Source: Phycisphaerales bacterium
GTDB taxonomy: Bacteria; Planctomycetota; Phycisphaerae; Phycisphaerales; SM1A02
NCBI GenBank assembly: GCA_049318425.1
Contig: JBMOGJ010000005.1
Coordinates: 6,326-70,325, forward strand
Direction: 5' to 3'
DNA length: 64,000 nt
Shown: in pieces, positions 35,310 to 45,356 of the stretch
Numbering within the stretch: position 1 is the stretch's first letter
How the letters are laid out: every line of letters starts with the position of its first letter
Notes under the pieces: generated by a model
Databases searched by the model: none
What the model was told of the DNA's origin: nothing
The model's input: the letters and a program-made list of their open reading frames with translations, nothing else
Position numbers and translations under genes: made by a program

Positions 35310-38107
35310 ATTCGATCGCGCACCGGATGCAGCGCATCCTCACCGTCGCCCGCCGCGAGTGGCTCGGCTTCTTCGTCGCGCCGACCGGCTGGATCGTCCT
35401 CTCGATCGTCGGCATCGTGGCGGCGGTGGCGTTCTTCAGCGGAACATTCGCCGACACGCGGCCGGCCACGCTGCGCATGGTGCTGCTCGCGTGCGGCTGG
35501 GCGCTGCTCGCGACCGCGCCGGCGATCTCGATGCGCGCGTTCGCCGACGAGTTCCGCCTCAAGACCTGGGAGACGCTCTTCGCGAGCACGCTGTCGACCA
35601 CCGAGATGGTGCTCGGCAAGGCGATCGCCTGCGCGGCCATCGTGGCGGCGAGCCTTCTGCCGATCGCGCTGCTCGCGCTGCCGCTCGAGTTCTACGCGTC
35701 GCCCGACTACGGCGAGATCGGCTGCGGCCTGCTCGGACTGTTCCTCGCCGGGTTCGCCGCGAGCTGCCTCGGTATCGCGGTGTCGAGCACGACCTCGAGC
35801 CAGGCGGTGGCGTTCCTCGGCGCGTTCTTCCTGTGGCTCGGTCTGGTCGCGGGCTCGCGCATTCTGGTCGGCGCGCTGCCTGTCGAGTACGCGCCGATCG
35901 CCGCCGCACTCGATCCGATCCGCCGGCTGGAGGGCTTCGCGCTCGGCCTGTTCGACACCGGGGCGATCGCGTACTTCCTCGGGATCGCGCTGTCGGCGCT
36001 CGCGTTCGCGGTGGTGTCGCTCGAGCGGGTCCGTGGACTCTCGCCCGCGCGCGTGCTGCCGCGGATCTCGATCCTGGCCGAGCGCGGCCTGTTCGTCGCG
36101 GGCATGGTCGCGCTGTCGACGGCGGCGGTCGCGCTGCTGTCGCGGCCGGCGCTGCGCCTCGAGGTGGACGCGACCAAGACCCGCGCCTACAGCCTCGCGC
36201 CGTCGACCTCGGAGCTGCTGCGCGGGCTCGAGGGCGCGTGGCAGGTGCTGCTCTTCGTCGACGCGACGCAGGCCGATCCCGCGGTGCTCCGCCAGATCGA
36301 CGAGGTGCTCGAGCGCTTCCGCGATGCGAACCCGTCGATCGACGCGCGCCGCATCGATCCCGCCGATCCCGCGTCGAGCGGGGCGTTCGAGGAGGCGCTC
36401 GCCGGGCTTGTCGCCGCGCGGTCGGGTGACCTCGCGCGCTGCGAGGCGACCGTCGCCTCCGCGCTCGCGACCTACGACGCGTTCCGCGCCGAGAGCGCGT
36501 CGCAGCCCGCGGGCCTGCGCGCCGCGGCGCAGCAGCTGCCCGCCGACAGCCCCGTCCGCCGCACGCTCGAGCAGCTCGCCGCGATGTTCGCGCAGATCGC
36601 GACCGACGGCGAGGAGTTCAAGCGCCAGGTGACCGAACTCTCGCGCACGAGCGCGACGCGGCCGCTTCCCGACATCGAGGGCGCGCGCGCGGCGCTGGCG
36701 CAGGGCTTCCGCGTGTGGGGCGACCAGCTCGCGTCGGCCGCCACGCTGTTCGGCGAGTGGCGCGGCCAGGCGGCGATCCCGCAGGCGGTCCGCAACGTCG
36801 TCGGCTCGCGCATCGCGCGCTACGAGGAACTCGCGACCACCATGCTCGCGGCGCGCCAGGAGCTCGAGGCGCTCCCCGGACTCGAGATCGACGCGCTCGG
36901 CCGCGAGCTCGTGAAGGGCGAGGCGGCCGTCGTCGCCGGCGGCGGACGCCTCTCGGTGATCCCCGCGTGGCGCATCTTCCCGCAGAGCCGTGCGTCGGAG
37001 GGCGCCGACCGCGTCTCCTACAGCTGGGGCTTCCGCGGCGAGGAGGTGCTCTCGGGCGCCATCCGCAGCATCGCGTCGGGCTCGATGCCCGAGGTCGTGT
37101 TCGTGCACAGCGAGCGTGACTCGCTGCTGCGCCCGCGCCAGGACCACAACGATCTCGCGGCCGCAGCCGACGCGCTGCGCAGCGCAGGCTTCGGCATCCG
37201 CGAGTGGACGCCCGGCCGCGGCGACCGTCCCGCGAAGTCGCAGGGCAGGCCGCAGGTCTTCGTCGCGATCCCCGCGCTCCGCCGCGCGCAGCTCGACCTC
37301 TCGCGCGAGGAGAAGCTCCTCGCCGAGGAGGTCGCCGCGCTGGTCGCCGAAGGCGAGCCGGTGCTGCTCACCGCGGGCCGGAGCATGCTGTCGGTGCTGG
37401 GCCAGCCCGATCCCTGGCAGCAGATCCTCGCGCCGTTCGGCCTCGAGCCCGACGCGGGCAAGGTCGTGCTCGAGCTCGTCGCCAAGGCCGACGGCACGCC
37501 CGATGTGCAGCCTTGGCAGCTGATCGAGCGCGTGCCTGCGGCGTCGCCGCTCAGCGACCGGCTGCGCGGCCGGGCCATCCTGCTCAACCAGCCGATGCGG
37601 ATCAAGGTCGCCGAGACCGTGCCGGCCGGCGTCACGCAGACGACCGTCGTCGAGGTGCAGCCGTCGGGCGACCGCTGGCTCGCCGATGACTGGCGCGGCG
37701 ACGGCGACGGCGTGCGCGAGGTGCCCGCCGGGAAGGCGCTGACCGCGTCGCTTCCGGTCGCGATGATCGCCGAGCGCAAGGTCACGGGCGGCGCGCAGCG
37801 AGTCGCGCTGGTGGCGAGCGGCGGCTGGCTGCTCTCGAGCGTGGCCGATCTCTCCGACAGCCTCGGCGGCGGGCGCACCGCGCTCGTGAACCCCGGCAAC
37901 CGCGAGCTGCTGCTCTCGACCGTTGCCTGGCTCGCGGGCCGCGGCGATCTGCTCGACGCCGGCCTCAGCGGCCGCGAGGTGCCGCGCATCGAGGCGCTCT
38001 CGGTCGGCGCGCAGCGCGCGTGGGCGCTCGGCTACGGCGGCATGCTGGCGCTGGGACCGATCGTGCTCGGCGGCCTGATCGTGCGCCGCAGAAGGGGGCG
38101 CGCATGA
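35306..38107 (+). CDS. Fused ABC-2 permease (GldF-like) and GldG-like auxiliary domain protein (933 aa)
   Basis: The N-terminal roughly 250 aa is a six-helix ABC-2 permease (RREWLGFFVAPTGWIVLSIVG...). The remainder resembles the GldG/ABC auxiliary component and ends in a C-terminal TM helix. The GTG start overlaps the upstream stop (GTGA), with GGGAGG upstream. Confidence 0.75.
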   Translation: MNSIAHRMQRILTVARREWLGFFVAPTGWIVLSIVGIVAAVAFFSGTFADTRPATLRMVLLACGWALLATAPAISMRAFADEFRLKTWETLFASTLSTTEMVLGKAIACAAIVAASLLPIALLALPLEFYASPDYGEIGCGLLGLFLAGFAASCLGIAVSSTTSSQAVAFLGAFFLWLGLVAGSRILVGALPVEYAPIAAALDPIRRLEGFALGLFDTGAIAYFLGIALSALAFAVVSLERVRGLSPARVLPRISILAERGLFVAGMVALSTAAVALLSRPALRLEVDATKTRAYSLAPSTSELLRGLEGAWQVLLFVDATQADPAVLRQIDEVLERFRDANPSIDARRIDPADPASSGAFEEALAGLVAARSGDLARCEATVASALATYDAFRAESASQPAGLRAAAQQLPADSPVRRTLEQLAAMFAQIATDGEEFKRQVTELSRTSATRPLPDIEGARAALAQGFRVWGDQLASAATLFGEWRGQAAIPQAVRNVVGSRIARYEELATTMLAARQELEALPGLEIDALGRELVKGEAAVVAGGGRLSVIPAWRIFPQSRASEGADRVSYSWGFRGEEVLSGAIRSIASGSMPEVVFVHSERDSLLRPRQDHNDLAAAADALRSAGFGIREWTPGRGDRPAKSQGRPQVFVAIPALRRAQLDLSREEKLLAEEVAALVAEGEPVLLTAGRSMLSVLGQPDPWQQILAPFGLEPDAGKVVLELVAKADGTPDVQPWQLIERVPAASPLSDRLRGRAILLNQPMRIKVAETVPAGVTQTTVVEVQPSGDRWLADDWRGDGDGVREVPAGKALTASLPVAMIAERKVTGGAQRVALVASGGWLLSSVADLSDSLGGGRTALVNPGNRELLLSTVAWLAGRGDLLDAGLSGREVPRIEALSVGAQRAWALGYGGMLALGPIVLGGLIVRRRRGRA

Positions 38108-39564
38108 AGTGGATCCGAGGAATCGCGGCCTTCGCCGCCGCGGGCGCACTCGCGTTCGGCGCCATGCGCCTTGCCGAGCAGCCGGTCGCCGTCGCCTCGG
38201 TGCGCGAACCGCTGGTCTCCGCCGATGCGATCGACAGCGAGAAGGTCGCCGAGGTCGTGCTCGAGCGCGACGGCGTCCGCCACCGCTTCGAGCGGCGGGC
38301 GGGTGCGTGGCAGCAGACAGAGCCGGTCGTCGCCGCCGTCGATGGTTGGAGCATGCGCCAGCTGGTCTCGCGCGTGCTCAAGACGGAGTCGGTGCGCCGC
38401 GTGGCGCTCGATACGCGCGATGCGGCCGCGCGCGACGCGGCGCTCGCCGAGGCCGGGCTCAAGCCCGCGGCCGCGCGGATCGAGCTGCGCGAGGAAGCGT
38501 CCGCCGCCGGTGGCGCCGCCCCGCGGTCGGTCGTGATCGAGCTCGGGCGACGCAGCCTCGCGGGACGGGCGTTCGCGCGCGTCGGTGGCGATGGCGCGGG
38601 CGCCGGTGAAGGTGATGGTGGTGGTGCCGCTGGCGCAGCCGGTGGCACGCGCGCCGCCGTATCCGGCTCGTACCACGTCGTCGATGCCGCGCTCCACGAG
38701 TTCGCGCTTGGCCGCGATCCGAAGGAGTTCCGGCGCCGCGAGGTCTTCGCCGACCTCGGCGAGGTCGAGCGCATCGTGTTCAAGACGCCGCAGGGCGAGC
38801 TCACGCTCGCGCGCGACGGGCGTTCCTACCGGCTCGAGGCCCCGGTGCGCACGCGCGCCGACCGCGTGCAGGTGGAGGAACTCGTCGACGCGCTGCGCCG
38901 CGCGAAGAGCTCCGGTTTCGTTTCCGATCGCCCGGCCGAACTCTCGGCGTACGGCCTCGCGCCCGCGATGGCGACCCTCGAGGTCGACAGCGGCGGCACG
39001 CGCCGCGCCCTGCTCATCGGCGACGCCGTGTCGATCGGCGCGCAGGACCGTTTCGGCATGCTCGACGGGACCACCACCGTGGTGCGCCTGCCGGCCGCGG
39101 TGCTCGCGCCCATGCTGCCGCGCGTCGAGCGGCTCATCGACGCCACCGCGAGCGGCGTGCGCGCGCGCGATGTCGCCGGCATCGAGCTGACGCTCGGCTC
39201 CAACCGCCTCTCGCTGCGCCGCGAGACCGACGGCTGGTCGGCGTCCGCTTCCGCGCAGGGCGCCGATCCCTCGGCGTCGCTCGCCGGATCGGTCGAGCGC
39301 GACGCGGTCGAGCGTCTGCTCAAGGCGCTCATCGAGACGCGTGCCTCGAGCGTCGAGCTCGCCGCGTTCCCCAGCGACGAGGCGGTCGCGACCGTGACCT
39401 TCCTCGGCTTCGCCGGCGAACCACTCGACACGGTGCGCATCGCGCGCCGCGCCGCCGACTCCAAGATGCTGCTCGAGAACGGCGACGGCGTGCTGCGCGC
39501 ACACGGATCGATCGATCTGCCGCTGACGGCCGAGGAACTCGGGTTTCGCGCGAAGAGTCGCTAG
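38104..39564 (+). CDS. DUF4340-like periplasmic protein, partner of GldG-type ABC systems
   Basis: ATGA overlap with the upstream gene. N-terminal anchor MKWIRGIAAFAAAGALAFGAM. Repeated beta-rich modules. The family call rests on context and general resemblance. Confidence 0.6.
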   Translation: MKWIRGIAAFAAAGALAFGAMRLAEQPVAVASVREPLVSADAIDSEKVAEVVLERDGVRHRFERRAGAWQQTEPVVAAVDGWSMRQLVSRVLKTESVRRVALDTRDAAARDAALAEAGLKPAAARIELREEASAAGGAAPRSVVIELGRRSLAGRAFARVGGDGAGAGEGDGGGAAGAAGGTRAAVSGSYHVVDAALHEFALGRDPKEFRRREVFADLGEVERIVFKTPQGELTLARDGRSYRLEAPVRTRADRVQVEELVDALRRAKSSGFVSDRPAELSAYGLAPAMATLEVDSGGTRRALLIGDAVSIGAQDRFGMLDGTTTVVRLPAAVLAPMLPRVERLIDATASGVRARDVAGIELTLGSNRLSLRRETDGWSASASAQGADPSASLAGSVERDAVERLLKALIETRASSVELAAFPSDEAVATVTFLGFAGEPLDTVRIARRAADSKMLLENGDGVLRAHGSIDLPLTAEELGFRAKSR

Positions 39565-39569
39565 CCGCC

Positions 39570-39702
39570 GCTGAAGCACCACGCCGGCGCTGAAGCACCA
39601 CGCCCGCGCTGGAGCACCACGCCCGCGCTGGAGCACCACGCCGGCGCTGGAGCACCACGCCCGCGCCGAAGCATCACGCGTGCGCCGAAGCGCCCCGCGC
39701 CC
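39570..39702. repeat. 19-bp x7 tandem repeat array in a convergent intergenic spacer
   Basis: Units gctg(a/g)agcaccacgcc(g/c)gc are contiguous. Five are near-perfect and the last two are degenerate. The period is not a multiple of 3. Confidence 0.95.
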
Positions 39703-39706
39703 ACAC

Positions 39707-40798
39707 TCACCCGAACCGATAGTGCAGCAACGCGTCCTCGCCGCGCCGCCGCACGCCGAGCAGCCGCGCCCGCGGGATCTCGGCGAGCACCTCGCGCGGC
39801 AACCCGCGCGCCGCGCGGATCGCGTCGTCATCGGCCACCACAAGCGGCGCGACGAACACCCACGCCTCGTCCACCAGTTGCTCGCGCATGAGCCGACCCA
39901 GCAGGCCGCCGCCGGCCTCGACCAGCACCGTCGCGACGCCGCGCGCCGCGAGCTCGGCGAGGGCAGGGCGGATCGCGCCATCGGCACCGAGCGCGATCGC
40001 CTCGACGCCGCGTGCCTGCAGCGCAGCCAGCCGCGCGGCCGCGTCGGGCGCGAGGCTCGCCGCCACCAGCACCGTCGTCGGCGCGGCGCCATCGCACACC
40101 GCCGCGTCGGGCGGCGTGCGCACATCGGGATCCCAGATCACGCGCCGCGCCGTGCGCTGCACCCGCACGCCGCGCGCCGTGAGCCGCGGCGCGTCGGCCA
40201 GCACGGTGCCGATGCCGGTGAGCACCGCGTCGACCCGCCCGCGCTCGCGGTGCACCATCGCGCGGCTGCGCGCGCACGAGAGCCATCGGCTGTCGCCGTT
40301 CCCCAGCGCGACCGCGCCGTCGATCGACTGCGCCCACTTCGCGGCCACCCAGGGGAGGCGCGTGGTCACGCGCTTGATGAACGGCCGCGCCAGTTCGTCG
40401 GCGCCCGCATGCGGCACGTGCTCGGCGGGGATGCCCGCGTCGATCAGCCGCCGCGCGCCGCCGCAGGCGACGGGGTTGGGATCGCGCACCGCGTAGATCA
40501 CCCGCGCCACGCCCGCCTCGATGAGCGCGTCGGCGCACGGTCCGGTGCGGCCGCGGTGCGCGCACGGCTCGAGCGTCACGATCGCGGTCGCCCCGCGCGC
40601 GCGCGGTCCCGCCGCGCGCAGCGCCTCGATCTCGGCGTGCGGCCCGCCGCAGCGGCGGTGGAACCCCTCGGCGATCTGCACGCCCGCGTCGGTCGCGATC
40701 ACGCAGCCCACCATCGGATTCGGCTCCGCGCCGCCGTGCCCGCGCGCGGCGATGCGCACGGCGCGATCGAGGAACGCGCGGATCTGCTCCGGATTCAA
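39707..40798 (-). CDS. ribD: Bifunctional riboflavin biosynthesis deaminase/reductase RibD
   Basis: PNPMVGCVI, GGPHAEIEAL and EPCAHRGRTGPCADAL (the CDA zinc motifs), plus a C-terminal reductase domain. The TTG start overlaps the upstream stop (TTGA). Confidence 0.92.
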   Translation of the reverse strand: MNPEQIRAFLDRAVRIAARGHGGAEPNPMVGCVIATDAGVQIAEGFHRRCGGPHAEIEALRAAGPRARGATAIVTLEPCAHRGRTGPCADALIEAGVARVIYAVRDPNPVACGGARRLIDAGIPAEHVPHAGADELARPFIKRVTTRLPWVAAKWAQSIDGAVALGNGDSRWLSCARSRAMVHRERGRVDAVLTGIGTVLADAPRLTARGVRVQRTARRVIWDPDVRTPPDAAVCDGAAPTTVLVAASLAPDAAARLAALQARGVEAIALGADGAIRPALAELAARGVATVLVEAGGGLLGRLMREQLVDEAWVFVAPLVVADDDAIRAARGLPREVLAEIPRARLLGVRRRGEDALLHYRFG

Positions 40799-42738
40799 CC
40801 GACCGCTCCCGACGGCTCCGCGATCTCGACCGGCATCGGCGCGGGCACCGCCGCGGCACGCGACTCGGCGCGCGACTGCGCGGGCATCGGCAGGTCGTCG
40901 CCGGTGATCGACGACAGCGACCGCCGGCTCATGAACGAGACCTCCGCGATCAGCAGGTCGTCCTCAGGCATGCCCGCCTCGAAGGTCTCGACCAGCCGCA
41001 TCAGGTACTGCGTCCACCGCGGCGGCGCGGTCGGACGCGAGATGATCTCGCGCAGCCGGTCGAGGCCGAAGCGCTCGCCGCGCGGATTGCGCGCGTCGTA
41101 CGCGCCATCGGTGAAGAGCACGAGCGTGTCGCCCTCCTCGAGCCGGATGGTGACCTCCTCCTCGCCGAACATCGAGTCGTCGACCGCACCGAGCAGGAAG
41201 GTCGTCGACGGCATCTCGGTGACACCGCCGCGTGAGCGCAGGAACACCGGCGGATGCCCGGCGCTCGCGTACCGCACCTCGCCCGTGTTCGGGTCGAGCG
41301 TGAGCAGCACGCCGGTCGCGTACAGCTTGTGCCGCGCAAGCAGGCGGTGGAAGTAGCGGTTCAGCCGCGCGAGGATGCGCGCCGGTCCCTCGTCGGGATA
41401 CTCGTCGCGCAGCCGCTCGATCTCGCCGTGGATGCGCGCGACGCTCATCGCGCTCGCGAGCCCATGCCCGGTCACGTCGATGAGCGCGAGGTGGAACCGC
41501 TCCTGGTCGTCGACCCACACGTGGATGAAGTCGCCGCCGATGTCGGCCGCCGGTCGGTATCCGAAGTCGAAGCGCATCCAGCCCGCGTCGAGCGGCTTGG
41601 GGAACAGCGACTCGTGCACCGCGCGCGCCTGCAGGAACTCCCGCCGCATCTGCACGAAGCGGCGCCCGACGAAGCCGGTCTTGAAGCGGTTCTGGTGCCA
41701 GCGCAGGCGCGCGTAGCACAGCACCAGCGCGGGCACGAACAGCAGCGGCGCGAAGCCGACCGCGAGTCCCGCCGAGATCCACGAGCCGTCGCCCGCCGCG
41801 AGCCCCGCGCGCAGCAGCACCCAGCACAGGAAGAGCGGCACGATCGGCTTGAGCGACTCGCGCCAGTTCCACGGCAGGAACAGCGACGCCGTGAGGTGCC
41901 AGAAGAAGATCGAGAAGAGCGGCGCCGCCGACGCCTCCGGGTTCACGAGCAGCATGCCCGTCTCGAGCCCGAAGTTGAGGAAGCCGAGCGTGAGGATCAT
42001 CCTCGTCGCCGCGGCCACGAGTTCCGCGCGCGTGTACAGCTTCGGACGGACCTTCAGTCCGTACCACGCGACTACGCCGAGGCTCGGCAGCGACAGCAGC
42101 GCCCACACCCACCACGGCACGTGCAGCATCTCGGTCGCGTCGATGGCGTTCCGGCTGCTCGTGCGCTCGCCAACCGCGCCGTCGGCGCCTTGCGCGGCAA
42201 CCGCTTCGTTGACGCCATCCACGACATCATCGACCGCGAGCTCTCCGTTGGCCGCGGCGCTGGGCTGCTGGGCCGGGGGTTCCGTCGGGATCTCCGCCGC
42301 GCCATCTGGCGCCGCGTCCTCCGTCGCGTCCGATCCGCCGCTCTCTGCACCGTCCGTCGCTGCCGCGTCGCCCGCACCAGCATCCGCCGCGCGACCGCCA
42401 TCGGTGATCGGGAGGATGTTGTCCTCCCACCAGCGGTCCACGATGCGGCCGATCGGCGCGGAGGGCGTGGTGCTGGCGCGTCCGGTCGCACCGTCCTCGC
42501 TCCGCGGCGCACCGACGCCGGTCTCGACGACTTCCTCCGTCGGATCCTTCGACAGCGCCTCGAACAGCAGTCCGCCGCCGATCACCGTCGCCGTTCCCAC
42601 GAGCTGGAAGACCGTGTAGGCGATGCACAGCCAGCCGAGCCGCCGCCGCAGCCACTGTCCGAGCTCGCGCTCGTACTCGGCGCGGAACACCCCGCGGTCG
42701 CTCTGGAATTCGGCGGATTCGCCCTGTGCCTCTGCCAT
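40795..42738 (-). CDS. Membrane-anchored PP2C-family (SpoIIE/RsbU-like) serine phosphatase
   Basis: Multi-pass membrane N-region, then ADIGGDFIHVW...LALIDVTGHGLASAM...YASAGHPPVFL...GDTLVLFTDGAYDA. Confidence 0.85.
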   Translation of the reverse strand: MAEAQGESAEFQSDRGVFRAEYERELGQWLRRRLGWLCIAYTVFQLVGTATVIGGGLLFEALSKDPTEEVVETGVGAPRSEDGATGRASTTPSAPIGRIVDRWWEDNILPITDGGRAADAGAGDAAATDGAESGGSDATEDAAPDGAAEIPTEPPAQQPSAAANGELAVDDVVDGVNEAVAAQGADGAVGERTSSRNAIDATEMLHVPWWVWALLSLPSLGVVAWYGLKVRPKLYTRAELVAAATRMILTLGFLNFGLETGMLLVNPEASAAPLFSIFFWHLTASLFLPWNWRESLKPIVPLFLCWVLLRAGLAAGDGSWISAGLAVGFAPLLFVPALVLCYARLRWHQNRFKTGFVGRRFVQMRREFLQARAVHESLFPKPLDAGWMRFDFGYRPAADIGGDFIHVWVDDQERFHLALIDVTGHGLASAMSVARIHGEIERLRDEYPDEGPARILARLNRYFHRLLARHKLYATGVLLTLDPNTGEVRYASAGHPPVFLRSRGGVTEMPSTTFLLGAVDDSMFGEEEVTIRLEEGDTLVLFTDGAYDARNPRGERFGLDRLREIISRPTAPPRWTQYLMRLVETFEAGMPEDDLLIAEVSFMSRRSLSSITGDDLPMPAQSRAESRAAAVPAPMPVEIAEPSGAVG

Positions 42739-42780
42739 GGGGCGCCATCGTAGGCGGGGGACTCCGATTCGTCACGCCGC

Positions 42781-42816
42781 AAAAGCAACCGCCGCCAGCG
42801 CTGGGCTGGCGGCGGT
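42781..42816 (-). terminator. Rho-independent terminator downstream of fusA
   Basis: On the minus strand: 12-bp stem ACCGCCGCCAGC, loop ccagc, GCTGGCGGCGGT, followed by tgcttttgc. It starts 68 nt after the fusA stop. Confidence 0.7.
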
Positions 42817-42883
42817 CGCGATTCGTTGCGGCCGTCTCGGCCGGCGTGCGGAGCGGCCGCGTGGGCCGCCGATCCCGCACGAC

Positions 42884-44995
42884 TCACTTCTTGAGGACGG
42901 CGTCCTTGAGACGGTCGGGCATGACGCGGTAGGTCAGCGGCTCCATCGAGCTGGTCGCGCGGCCCTGCGTCATCGAGCGCAGCGTCGTGGTGTAGCCGAA
43001 GAGCTCGGACAGCGGCACTTCGCAGGTGAGCAGACGCGCGTTGCCGCGCATCTCCTGGTCGGTGATCTGGCCGCGACGCGACGCGATGTCGCCGGACACG
43101 TTGCCGAAGAACTCGTCCGGCGTGGTGACGACGAGCTTCATGATGGGCTCGAGGAGCGCCGGCTTCGCCTTCATGACCGCCTCGCGGAAGGCCAGCATGC
43201 CGGCCTGCTCGAAGGCGACCTGGCTCGAGTCGACGTCGTGGTACGAGCCGAACACGAGCTGGACGCGGATGTTGATGACGGGGTAGCCGCCGAGGACGCC
43301 CGAGGCCGCGGCCTGGCGCACGCCGTACTCGATGGACGGGATGAACTCGCGCGGCACGACGCCGCCCGAGATCTTGTCCTCGAACACGACGCCGTCCTTC
43401 ATCTTCAGCTCCTCAGCCGCCGCCTCCTCGGGCGTGATCGGCATGACGGTGACGACGGCGTCGCCGAACTGGCCGCGACCACCGGTCTGCTTCTTGAAGA
43501 GACCGCGGACTTCCTTCGCCATGCCGGTGATGGTCTCGCGGTACGAGACGCGCGGCTTGCCGACGTTCACGCCGATCTTCATGTCGCGCGTGAGCTTGTT
43601 CTTGATGATCTCGAGGTGGAGCTCACCCATGCCCGCGATGATGGTCTCGCCGGTCTCCTCGTTGTAGTTCGAGCGGAACGACGGGTCCTCGCGGCGGATG
43701 GTGGTGAGCGCGTCGCCGAGCTTCTTCTTGTCGTCGCCGGTGATCGGCTCGATCGCCATCGAGATGACCGGCTCCGGGAAGGTCATGCGCTCGAGGATGA
43801 TCGGGTGGTCCGGATCGCAGATCGTGTCGCCGGTGTACGAGTTCTTCAGGCCGATGACGGCGACGATGTTGCCCGCGTCGACGGCCTCGAGCGCGTTGCG
43901 GTCGTTCGCGTGCATCTCGAAGATGCGGCTGACGTTCTCGCGCTTGCCGGTGCCCGGGTTGAGCACGCGCGTGCCCTTGTCCAGGGTGCCCGAGTAGACG
44001 CGGATGTAGGTGAGGTCGCCGTGGATGTCCGACACGACCTTGAACACGAGCGCCGAGAAGGGCGCCGTCGGGTCGTGCGGACGGCTCATCGCCTGGTTGA
44101 CGTCGTCCGGGTTCACGCCCTTGGTGTCGGGGCGCTCGGTCGGGTTCGGCAGGTAGTCGACGGCGGCGTCGAGGATCTTCTGCACGCCGATGTTCTTGAG
44201 CGCGGCGCCGCAGAGCACGGGGAAGCACTTGATCTCGATCGTGCCCTTGCGGAGCGCGGCCTTGATCTGCGCATTGGTGATCTTGGCCGGATCGGTGAGG
44301 TACTGCTCCATGAGCGTGTCCTCGACCTCGGCGGCCTTCTCGATGAGCTCGTTGCGGTAGTACTCGGCCTTGTCCATCAGCTCCGCGGGGATCTCACCCT
44401 CGGTGATGGTCGCGCCCTGGTCCTCGGGCGAGAAGTACACGGCCTTCATCTCGACGAGGTCGATGACGCCGATGAAGTCGTTGCCCTTGCCGATCGGGAG
44501 CTGGATCGCGATGCCGTTGGCGCCGAGGCGCGAGCGGATCGACGCGAAGGAGAAGTCCCAGTCGGCGCCCATCTTGTCCATCTTGTTGATGAAGCAGAGG
44601 CGGGGCACGCCGTAGCGGTCGGCCTGGCGCCACACGGTCTCGGACTGCGCCTCGACGCCTTCCTTGCCGTCAAACACCGCGCACGCGCCGTCGAGCACGC
44701 GCAGCGAGCGCTCGACCTCGATGGTGAAGTCGACGTGGCCGGGGGTGTCGATCAGGTTGACCTTGTAGTCGACGTTGTCCTTGGTCCAGGGGCAGGTCGT
44801 CGCGGCCGACTGGATGGTGATGCCGCGCTCCTGCTCCTCCTGGAGGAAGTCCATGGTCGCCATGCCCTCGTGCACCTCGCCGATCTTGTAGTTGCGGCCG
44901 GTGTAGAAGAGGATGCGTTCGGAGACGGTGGTCTTGCCTGCGTCGATGTGGGCGCAGATGCCGATGTTGCGGACCTTCTTGAGATCGGTAGCCAT
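42884..44995 (-). CDS. fusA: Elongation factor G
   Basis: [34 protein letters not shown] and NKMDK. Full-length similarity to EF-G. Confidence 0.96.
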   Translation of the reverse strand: MATDLKKVRNIGICAHIDAGKTTVSERILFYTGRNYKIGEVHEGMATMDFLQEEQERGITIQSAATTCPWTKDNVDYKVNLIDTPGHVDFTIEVERSLRVLDGACAVFDGKEGVEAQSETVWRQADRYGVPRLCFINKMDKMGADWDFSFASIRSRLGANGIAIQLPIGKGNDFIGVIDLVEMKAVYFSPEDQGATITEGEIPAELMDKAEYYRNELIEKAAEVEDTLMEQYLTDPAKITNAQIKAALRKGTIEIKCFPVLCGAALKNIGVQKILDAAVDYLPNPTERPDTKGVNPDDVNQAMSRPHDPTAPFSALVFKVVSDIHGDLTYIRVYSGTLDKGTRVLNPGTGKRENVSRIFEMHANDRNALEAVDAGNIVAVIGLKNSYTGDTICDPDHPIILERMTFPEPVISMAIEPITGDDKKKLGDALTTIRREDPSFRSNYNEETGETIIAGMGELHLEIIKNKLTRDMKIGVNVGKPRVSYRETITGMAKEVRGLFKKQTGGRGQFGDAVVTVMPITPEEAAAEELKMKDGVVFEDKISGGVVPREFIPSIEYGVRQAAASGVLGGYPVINIRVQLVFGSYHDVDSSQVAFEQAGMLAFREAVMKAKPALLEPIMKLVVTTPDEFFGNVSGDIASRRGQITDQEMRGNARLLTCEVPLSELFGYTTTLRSMTQGRATSSMEPLTYRVMPDRLKDAVLKK

Positions 44996-45327
44996 GACTT
45001 GGATCCTGAGTTTGCCCGCCGACGGGCGGGACTGAGTGTCGATGCCGGTCGCCGTCCTCGGCGAGCCGTTTCAATCCGGGATGTGAACTTGGGAACGAAC
45101 CGTGCGCGTCAGCGGACGCCCCTCAACCAGTCGCGCGGCGACGAACCACGGCGCGCACTCGCGCGGCGGTCGTCGTCGAAACTGGCAGGGTCGTCGTCGG
45201 TCACGGGGAGTGGTCCTGATCGGCGAAAAACCGCCGAGCCGAACAGTGTAAGCCCCTGCCCGAACCAATGCAACGCCTCTGGCTGGGGCCGCTCCTCCGG
45301 GGGGCGGCCGTCCCGCCGAACCGCGGT

Positions 45328-45352
45328 CCCGCGTTGCGACGCGGGGTTTTTA
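45328..45352 (+). terminator. Terminator-like hairpin with the U-tract on the plus strand
   Basis: cccgcg-ttgcga-cgcggg followed by gttttta. It lies directly next to the stop of the minus-strand gene at 45357. The orientation of the T-run fits the plus strand. Confidence 0.35.
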
Positions 45353-45356
45353 GGGG

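Noticed and set aside
39570-39702. Possible CRISPR array.
   Set aside because: The 19-bp units are directly contiguous with no spacers, they are shorter than CRISPR repeats, and no cas genes are in the window.
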